From Zygophlyctis sp. KS116 (taxonomy: Eukaryota > Fungi > Chytridiomycota): DNA of 32,000 nucleotides. This document shows, piece after piece, positions 21,001-30,036 of the stretch. Each line of letters starts with the position of its first letter. The first letter of the stretch is position 1. The notes beneath the pieces are model-generated. The model saw nothing but the letters and a program-made list of their open reading frames with translations, searched no databases and had not been told where the DNA came from. The translations under genes were made by a program, and so were the position numbers. The stretch spans positions 30,001 through 62,000 of the forward strand of contig BAAFSQ010000017.1 in NCBI GenBank assembly GCA_054661495.1, in the 5' to 3' direction.

Positions 21001-24000
21001 TAAAATATGATGGGATGATAAATTTCGGTATTCCCGAGATGTGTAATTTTTTTGATCATTAAAAGAAAGATAAGGCTCCAGAAGCTACCTTACACATTCC
21101 AGAAATTGAAGTAGGGATGACTCAAATAGTTCCCCAAGTGTCCCAAATATCCAATTTTTTCGATGTCCTACTAAAAACAAGAGATCAATTTATCCACTCG
21201 GTCTCAAATTTTACTCAAGTTAATTATGTATCTCCAGCTGCAATGGAGTGTGCTGTTTTAAAGGAAATTATTGTACCAATTATTTGGATTAAAGTGATAG
21301 CATCTTTGGGATTTAATGGCTGATTTGAAGTTTTCAGGAACAGGGACAGCTCCTACTAGGCGATATTCTGTTAATCTTTCTGGTCCCGGTTTAATTGACA
21401 CTCCTTACCTTCCAGACTTTATTTTGAGAGAATTGAATTCGGAAATGTTAATAAAGAAAATTCTAATGCCACTTTTAACTACACCGATCACGATTTGAAA
21501 ACTAAAGGTAGGAATTTACTCTAAATTTTAAGGAACTGAAAAGATGATGAATCTATATAAGTTTTTGATTATTAGGAGTAGATTACTTTTTTCTTGGACT
21601 GAAACAGGTACGTAACAATCGAATTTATCGAAGAATATTGGAGAAAAGCGTTACAGGAACAATGTGATGAAATGAATTTGAGCAAAGAAATGTTTTCTGG
21701 CCGACTTTATGGATTTACGTTTGACTTATCAGAACACGAACCGGTTCTGAACGATGTAAGTCATTGATTGAAAGATTAAAATCAGGATGCGTTTCATGAA
21801 GCCTCCTATGATTTAGAAGATTTAACTTCAGCTGCACAAGCAGACCAAAAGAGTTTGGATTCTAGTTTGAAATTTGGACCACTAGTCATATCAGAGTTGG
21901 AGGAAAATTATCAAATAATTAATCTTGATGATCCTTCTCAAATATTGCATTATATGGAACCAGTTGGCTTAAAAAGGCTTATTCTAGCACTTAGATTGCA
22001 ACTCCCAGAGAAAAACCTTTTAATGGCTGTATCAGAAATTATTACTTCTTTACTAGCAGAAAACCGCTCTAAAATTTTATTGGAGGATTTGAATAAAAGA
22101 CTATACCCCACAATGGTAATTTTTTTAATTAACGATTATAGTCATATTCGAAAAAAAATAAGCAACCAAAAGAAGAGAATTTTACATCAATCGCAGAGTT
22201 AAGCTCATTAATTCCCAATATCGTTCAAAAGAAGACAAGTCTTAGAAAAACTACAATGTTATTGTATACTAAAGAGTAATTTATTTTAAATTATTTTACC
22301 AAAGGTATAAATTAATTCGAGACACTAAAATCAGCCAAGGAGAAAAAACAAAAAAAATCAATGAATTAAAGGTATGATCGACTCTTTATTAAATTTCAGA
22401 ATCGAATAGTCTTGTGGTATAATGATAATCTTTCTTGTATCGCAAAAGAGGGATGTGAAAAAGCGCAATTCGTAAAAATTATGGCAACGATGAAGAAAAC
22501 GATTTTTAGTGATTCATATGGCTCAATCAGCTTCTTGGAATCTAAGATAAGGACTAATAATGAATTTTTTCTTTACGAAAATCAATCTGAAAAAGGAAAT
22601 ATTGAAATTAAAAAGCCCTTATGCAGAAAACAGGAACTATATTTTTATCATGATGATCATTTGGTACAGTTAGCTCATCTGTGGTACATTCCCCATACTG
22701 CAGAATGCATTTCGGTAAATTGCTTAAATTGATAATTATATAAGAAATTGGGTCAAATGGATACTAATTCATTAGATATAACTAAGATGTTATTTGTAGA
22801 TTTAGGAATTTTCGGAAAATCCTACGAAATACATGCATTGATATTTCAGATCTATAACTTGGTGAAAGCATACTCGAAGCTGCTCCAATCTAGTCAAAGA
22901 ATATCATCACATGGTAATCAAGGAACGTTTAAATATCTAGTTAAGTCGCTAAGGGAAGCTGATTATGTTATCAATAATATTGAAAATTTGAAGAGGGAAA
23001 TAGGTGAGAAAGCAGAATATTCAAAGATTCGTCAATTACTGCTTCTAAAAAGAAAACAGTGGTACCTTAAACTTTATTTGATGCTCTCATTATCTATAAA
23101 CTCATTAAAAATGACGCTGGTATTTTTCGTTAGCTTATTTATGAAAGATGCACGACGCCGCCGGTTCCTTGAAATTATCATTAATGGAACTTAATCCGCA
23201 TGAGATCAATATCTCTATTAACCAGCTTGGATTCTTTAAAGATGTATATATGTTCGAAATAATTTGAAGATTCATGTTAGGTTACCCGATTTTTACGATA
23301 CGAATCTTTACATATATGGCGGTCTTGACCATTACGCAAAGCGGATTTGTGATTCAAATGTTTTGAATCTTGAAGAAACTCTTGAAGAAAGACTTCAGGC
23401 ATTGTCTTTTGAAAATATGGGTACATCTGAAGAGATAAATCAAATTTTGGTAAACTATCTCAGCGGTTTTTGTGTGCTAGTTAATCTTCGTCAAGATTTT
23501 TTTGAATCCAATTCAAGACACCATTCGATTAAGGTAAATATCGTTTTATAAAACTCATATAATAGAATACAGAAGAAGTTAAATATTTATCGGATAGATA
23601 TAAGTTCCGGATAGTTGTTCCCGCAATAAAGTTTTACTATGACCAAACTCGAGGTAATCAAACAGTGTCAGCAAATACATTTTTGGAGATGGACTTTGTT
23701 CAAGGACCGAATTCTAAAAGCAATATTAGTAAGAGAATGAAGCAGGTATATATTTTAAATATTAATTTAGCTCAGTCTTTTGAAGAATGTCAGATTAAAG
23801 CACTGAAGATTGAGTTCCTGCGAAAGAAGACATCTGAAATGATTGATACGGCGCGGTATTTTTATCATAAACTAGAGGATGAACGGATGGGAAGATTATT
23901 CAAGACAAAAAATTCGATCCTCGTTCCATCATCTGCTTTTATCAATCAATTGGCCTTTAATATTGCTGATGAGGATTATTTGGCGAAATCAACAATTTTC

Positions 24001-25897
24001 CATGAACTCAGTTCTGCAATAAGAAATTTAAACACTCGATTTGTAAGTGAATCAAATTTACTTATATTAGAATTTTGAGGATTATAAAACACATATTGGT
24101 GCTGAAATCCGGGAAAATATTTTTGCTTGCGAAAAAGAAAAACTTGCTGCAGTGGTATTTATTTATATTATCGAATGATTCTAGTTGTATGATTTTTCTA
24201 TGCGGCTAACGAAATGGCAGACAACTCGGCAGAATCAAGCTATTGAATTTGATGGGAAAATGCATGGACATTTGCTAGGAATGCTTAGAAATAGTGAGCA
24301 TATCATAAGATACTTAAATTACCTTAAAAATTGCATGGAGAGGGTATGATACAAAATGATCTAAAAAAAGGAATTTAAAGCAAGTATCTCAGTTCAGACG
24401 AAAACCGCTAATTTGGATATACTCTCCGAGCTTGCTTCAGCCAGTACAGAACTTGAAGAATTGAAGAAAAGTAGAAAAATCGATGAAAAGCGAATTAGAG
24501 CAAAAATAATTGATGAATATGACGACTTGGTCCAGGAGCTTGTAAATGAAATAACCGTACTACGCAATCGGTTTAGAGAGTATCAGACGAATAATTTCAA
24601 TCAAGTGATGCAAATTATGTCAGAATCCAAAAAAAGTGAACTTTTTAAATTGTCAATTATCGATAACATTCCAGACTCAGTTCATGATACAGCAGTAAAA
24701 ATGATTTCAGAGGAAAACCAAATAATGGATTTGAGAAAGGAAACACATGAATTACAAATGACTGTGAGTCTGATGAGGCTCTAATCATAGTTATTAAAAA
24801 TCCGCTCAATGTTTACGATGAAAGAACAAGCGCTAAGAACTCAATATGATCGTCAGGTATTTTTATTTATTAACAAAAGATTTTGGAATTGACAACCAAA
24901 AAGAAAGATGCCGAAGATCGCTTATGGCGTGCATACAAGGATAGGGAAGCTAGAGAAAGAGCACAAAGAAGAGAACTTCACAAGTTGGAAAAGGTTCGAT
25001 TCAATAGAATAATTTATATAGACCTCTGCAACATCTCAAACTCAAATTGATACTCTGCAACGTCTTTTGAAAGAGGCACAAACCAAAATCCAACCTCTGA
25101 TTTCCAGCGAAAGAAAAAAAGATGGAAATCAAAAAGCTGTAATAAATCATTCAAGTTTGGACGCATCATCTTTTGGAGAATGGACTGGCGACCCTAAAAA
25201 AGACGAATTGATATTTTACCAAATCAAGGAAAAACTCAAGTTTTATGAAAAGATTCAAATCCAAAATCTTTTAGAAGAACTCAAAAACAAGACATATTTG
25301 ATTGAAACTTTGATTCAGCAAAAGAGGGATGAAGAGACAAAAAAGGATAGCATTCAAAAGCCCTCCAAACTTTGCAGACCATCATCTGTTAGAAAACCTG
25401 ATTTACGTTGGAATATCAAAGTAAGAAACGATTTAGATCAATCTAATGCAGCCGCATCGGCAGAACCCTCTTCTAAAACCGAATATGAATTAAACCGACT
25501 GACTTCTATAAACCAGCAATTAATTCAACTCCTTCAAAAAAATTCAATCCCGATTCCAAATGACATCTTGTCTAGTGATAAGCAGCGTGTCTCATTTGCT
25601 GTAACAGCAGCTCCTGCTAGCGTTAAATCACAATTATACTCTAGACCACAATCTGGAATAGAATCTGTAACTACTCTGCCATATGTGATACCTGTTCTCT
25701 CTCGAGCATCATCTGCAAGGAAAGATCGAGGCTCTAGACCCGAGTCCGGACTATCAGGAACAATGATTGGAACGTCTATAGCGGGATCTAATTCAAGACC
25801 TTGTACGGCTAGACAGATTTCTAGACCAGGAACATCATCCGCTAAGCGACCAGCATCTGCAAGATTTAGCCAGATCGCTGGCCTTAATTATAACTAA
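18060..25897 (+). CDS. large coiled-coil protein, CCDC162/DUF4549-like; about 35 tiny introns and two unresolved frame anomalies
   Basis: Spliced by eye: EYQDATERWERL, DLAIYLRWFI, KADW...P....WQ, LLLRNIRLRE....LRQLNFFRSVEKRL, DAEG...IYDVAL.D, DRSQFLLELF..E..F...K..LVNAY.E.Y.H, resembling my recollection of CCDC162. Ends in an RPxSA-rich tail. Confidence 0.7.
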
Positions 25898-25935
25898 TAA
25901 ACATTTAAGTGCTAGTATTGAGTTTGTGAGAAATA

Positions 25936-27065
25936 ATGGCAGCCGATAACAATCTTTTTCTTGATATTCTCAGTGCCTGGCTATGTAAGGATGATCCATT
26001 CAAAGCATCGGTGGCATCAGGAACTATTATATTGGACGATGGGAAATCGTTCTCTGGGACTTTTGCAGTTGCATGCTACATTTGCCGTCTTAAGAATTGG
26101 CCGGTTTTAGGAAATGATGAATTGGAACAAGTTCAAGTCCAAGATCTTGTCTTACATACTCTTGCGTCTAGTATAAGTTGGGATGATCTTAATACTGAGT
26201 TGAAAAACAAGACTTTTATGGTTGGTACAAGTTTTACTTTGGCTGATATTGCTTTATATTCAAAGATTTATCATCCATTTTCAAGATTAGATCAAAAGGA
26301 TCGGATGGTATACTATCATGTTACGAGATATTTTGATTTAATTCAACATTTGGTGGCTTCATATTATAATGATGATTTTATTACTAGAATGCTTAATATT
26401 GATCTTGATGCTCAAATAGAGGTATGTTTTTTAGATTCTAATGATAGACGCCGATTTCTAATAAAGCTTCAAAAAAGGAAAATGAAAAGGAAGCCAAAAA
26501 AGCAAAATCAATGGCTGATGATACATCAAAGGTAAAAGAACCTTTAAAGAATACAATTTCACCTGCGCAGTTAAAGATTATTGTAGGAAAAGTTGTATCA
26601 GTTAAGAGACATCCTGATGCTGAAGCTCTATATGTTGAAGAAGTTGATATAGGATCTGAAAATCCAATTACTGTTGTTTCAGGTCTTGTAAAGTTTATGC
26701 CAGAAGACGCATTACTTAATACTCTAGTTGTTCTTTTAGCAAATCTTAAACCTGCGAAAATGAGAGGTATAGAATCTCAAGCAATGGTTCTTACTGCCGA
26801 AAGCTCTAATGGATCAGTAGAATTGATTATACCACCATCGAATTCTTTACCGGGTGATGTATTAACCTTCAAGGACATTGCAGGAATTCCAGAACCTCTC
26901 TTAAATCCTAAAAAGAAAATTTGGGAAACAATTCAACCATTATTATCACTTACTTCTAAATGTGAAGTTATTTACAAGAATCAAGTTGATAATAGACTTC
27001 ATACTTTGGGATCTCAAAAAGGAATCTGTAGATCAAAGTCTATAACTGATGGAAAAATTAAATAA
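25936..27065 (+). CDS. ARC1: aminoacyl-tRNA synthetase cofactor Arc1/AIMP1-like (GST_C-like domain + EMAP II tRNA-binding OB fold)
   Basis: LN..L..KTFMVG..FTLADI.LY...RYFDLIQH; VGKVVSVKRHPDAEALYVEEVD, VVSGLVK, NLKPAKMRGIESQAMVL, LNPKKKIWE. Intron 26422-26447. Confidence 0.93.
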
Positions 27066-27076
27066 ATAATAATTTT

Positions 27077-27442
27077 TTAATGAATTTGTCCCCCAATAGC
27101 ATAATCTCGAACAAATTCTGAGAATCCCTTGACTGTCAGATTGCTATTAACTTGTTTCAGATCTGAAAAATTAGATACTCCACGAGGGGACACAGTTTGA
27201 ATTTTTGATGAATCTAGAGAATATACTTTTAGATCTGATTCTATTTTTGTCAAGAGCATTGATGATGGTACTCTATATACTCTACGATTATATCCCGTTG
27301 GATATTTTCTAACAGCTCTTTTATGTAGTAATTTATCAACAGGCATTTTCATATATCTCTTTGAAGGATTTAATGATGACAGCTGTGCATTGATAAAGGA
27401 TGTATCTAAAGATGAATAATTCCCAGGATAATAAGCATTCAT
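27077..27442 (-). CDS. hypothetical basic protein (121 aa)
   Basis: ATG-to-TAA ORF filling the gap convergent to ARC1 (11-nt gap). No family recognised. Confidence 0.6.
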   Translation of the reverse strand: MNAYYPGNYSSLDTSFINAQLSSLNPSKRYMKMPVDKLLHKRAVRKYPTGYNRRVYRVPSSMLLTKIESDLKVYSLDSSKIQTVSPRGVSNFSDLKQVNSNLTVKGFSEFVRDYAIGGQIH

Positions 27443-27659
27443 ATTTTATGATGAATCGTCATCTGATGACGCTGTAGCACGTTATCAAATCCTGCCGTCA
27501 TTCAGGAATCATGAGATCATAAGCGTTTAAATGCATAATGACGTTATAAATCATGAATACTAGAATTGGCGATCGTTTAACTGATAAGAATCCCTGATAA
27601 GACAGCCCAAAGACAAACATTCAAAATTGACTGCTTGAATTCCGTTATTGCTGATCATA
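27443..27659. promoter_or_regulatory. divergent promoter with clustered TGACG/CGTCA (CRE-like) half-sites
   Basis: CGTCATC-T-GATGACG palindrome at 27457-27471, CGTCA at 27496, TGACGTTA at 27539. Confidence 0.45.
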
Positions 27660-28430
27660 ATGCAGTCTAGTAACCATAATGTCGATCATATTGCTAATCA
27701 AAAACTTAATCATAATTATGAATTAAAGGCCGGATCAACGGATGATTTCATAACTCCGAGCTGGTCATTATTAGATTTAGCTAAACATTTAGAGGTAGAA
27801 ATCATTACCTAATATTTAGATGGATCCATGGATTATCAGCGATTATATTAATAGAGATGAAATTAATTCATGCTCATCAGGACTATCGGACAGCGTAGAC
27901 AGCTCTCTGACAATCGTGAGTAGAGATTATCAAGTATTTATTCCTCAAGATAAAGTTTTAAAACTAATTAATGCTATTAAATCAGAGCCAAAGGCTTTCT
28001 CAAAGCCTCAGAATAAATCTCAAGTTTGACATGTTTACACTTTTAAGAGGAAATGGCCAAATTTAAAAAGTATTTTTATGAGTCAAAGGATGATCCGTTT
28101 TTATTAGTTGAATCTATTATAACTCAGCCGTTGGACACGAATAAGTATTCGGACACTCTGGTAGTTTTTTAATATTGATGAAATTAGTCTTCAAACATTT
28201 TTATAACTCCTCCGGCCAGTTCAACCTTATCGCCAAACGATTCTATAGGCGCATGGATGTCTTCGCCTTTTGATCTTGATTCATTGCAGGAAAATGAATT
28301 TTGTGGTAGGCAGATTAAAGGATTAAATATTAAATCTGACAAAGTAATTAAAGTGATTAATGATCTTTGTTCAATGAATTTAAAGGATCAGAAAAGCGTA
28401 TTGTCTAAATATATCAATAACGATCTTTAA
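27660..28430 (+). CDS. hypothetical protein (4 exons), mostly missed by the ORF track
   Basis: ATG 27660. Removing introns 27795-27819, 28024-28047 and 28161-28187 yields an open frame to TAA 28428-28430. Confidence 0.7.
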
Positions 28431-29530
28431 AATTCTCCTAAATGAACTCTAATGTCTAAAGGTAGAGCTCCCAAATCACTTAATAATGTCGTGTTCCAAG
28501 GTCCTAAGTCATCCGTACAAGTTTTTTGATTAGAAATAGTAAAAAAGCAAGCATTTAAAGATTCTGAGTGATTTGATTTTGATAATTCTGGGATATTTGA
28601 TATGAAATTTGTAATTTTAGAGATTGGTGCATCTCCTTGTAAAGATAAAAGTTTACTTTTGCGTCCAGGAAGAGATAAAGTAAAGGAATATTCAAGGTAT
28701 TCCATTGGTAATGGATCATCAGTATCCTTTTCAAATTCTGAGGGACGCCAAAACTTTCCTAGAGAGGATTCAAGAGAGGATTTGTCTACAAATTCTTCAG
28801 TTTTTTGAGTATTATAGTCCTGAATAGATGGACTTTTTGGTTTCTTTACTTTGATCGGTTTGAGAGTACTGATGCTATTGTAATTAACTTTGGATGTGAC
28901 TGACTCTTGAATCATTTGAGAGATTATATCTCTTTTTTCATGATTCTGCTGTCCATCTTTTTGAGCAATCTGCTTAAATCTTGAAGTTAATTCAACTGTT
29001 TTTTCTTGAATGACTCTATCGCATGGTTTGTCTAGATTTAATGGTAATCTTTTGAATTTATCAGGGCAGTCTTTCAATCCAGACTCTGAATTTTCTTGTT
29101 TTGATTTATCTGGTGCTATGCAAGGCTTTTTCAAGAGATTAGAGATTTTAGAGTCTGAAGACTCATAAGTTACTGCCAGCGTCTTTTCTTGAGAAGAGCC
29201 AAGTCTCTTTATTTGATTTTTAGAGATTACACCGGGTTTTACTGTCTTATTTGACTGCTTTACTCTTGGTATCACTGGTTTATTGATATAATTAGTCTTT
29301 AATTTGACTTGAGATTTAGTTTCAAACTTGACTGGAGGAAGCCTTCTTGGCATTGCTATCTTTGAAATTGTTAAATCTAGTTTCTTATCCAATTTGTTTA
29401 ATTTTCTTTCTGTATTTTCCAATCTTGAATCTGACTTGACTAGCTTTAATGGATTTTTCTGAGATTTAACTTTCCATAATTCTGAAGAAGGCTCTGATCC
29501 CAATCTATATCCTATTCCTTCGAATTTCAT
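28427..29530 (-). CDS. putative Cdc48/p97 cofactor: N-terminal SHP box, long basic linker, C-terminal UBX/ubiquitin-like domain
   Basis: MKFEGIGYRLG fits FxGxGxRLG. C-terminal FTLSLPG...F.I....P...TLLSDLG....IRVH resembles a beta-grasp fold. An alternative upstream start at 29593 via a 48-nt intron is possible. Confidence 0.5.
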   Translation of the reverse strand: MKFEGIGYRLGSEPSSELWKVKSQKNPLKLVKSDSRLENTERKLNKLDKKLDLTISKIAMPRRLPPVKFETKSQVKLKTNYINKPVIPRVKQSNKTVKPGVISKNQIKRLGSSQEKTLAVTYESSDSKISNLLKKPCIAPDKSKQENSESGLKDCPDKFKRLPLNLDKPCDRVIQEKTVELTSRFKQIAQKDGQQNHEKRDIISQMIQESVTSKVNYNSISTLKPIKVKKPKSPSIQDYNTQKTEEFVDKSSLESSLGKFWRPSEFEKDTDDPLPMEYLEYSFTLSLPGRKSKLLSLQGDAPISKITNFISNIPELSKSNHSESLNACFFTISNQKTCTDDLGPWNTTLLSDLGALPLDIRVHLGEF

Positions 29531-29649
29531 TGAATGGATGACCAACAGTTACGGAAATTTAAGACTTTCGACAGAAATGTTGGTGCTCATCATATATAAT
29601 TTATACTTGAGATTTATGATTCTTTCCATCTAGATGCATGCTGATAATA

Positions 29650-29940
29650 CTATTGCAGATTTAGATTTAAATTGTTGATCTTCAGTTTTGAATGATCATA
29701 GCCTTCGTTAAATAATTTAGTGTTTGCATTGAGCATAGTAGTTTTAGAATTAGAACTAGTATTAGATGCTATTAAAGGAGGAGCAGGACTTTTCAATGCA
29801 TGCCCGCAATTACAATTGTTAAATGACTGAGAATTGCACCACTTTGCATGCAATTGTGGCACATAAGTAGTTTCATTTTGACAGGTATATCCTTTGCCAT
29901 TCACTATTAGAGTAGATGATCCAAAGCTTATCAAGTCCAT
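29650..29940 (-). CDS. hypothetical small protein with an H-x2-WC-x7-CxC cluster
   Basis: 96-aa ATG ORF divergent from the NSUN gene. Boundaries uncertain. Confidence 0.4.
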   Translation of the reverse strand: MDLISFGSSTLIVNGKGYTCQNETTYVPQLHAKWCNSQSFNNCNCGHALKSPAPPLIASNTSSNSKTTMLNANTKLFNEGYDHSKLKINNLNLNLQ

Positions 29941-30036
29941 TCTGATCTTGATTTTGTTTGTTTACATCTTCTATCCACCTCTCCCGGGAGTTTCTACTTA
30001 CGTCATTCGGAAACTAATCAGATCTTATTACAATTC

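Noticed and set aside
422-29900. Antisense or alternative-frame ORFs in the track (422-676, 3330-3533, 4816-5007, 6390-6623, 7673-7936, 10221-10433, 10551-10793, 11525-11719, 14210-14455, 17061-17276, 19154-19393, 28602-28808, 29894-30076)
   Set aside because: Shadows of well-supported genes or promoter regions, often with TTG/GTG starts and no recognisable motifs.
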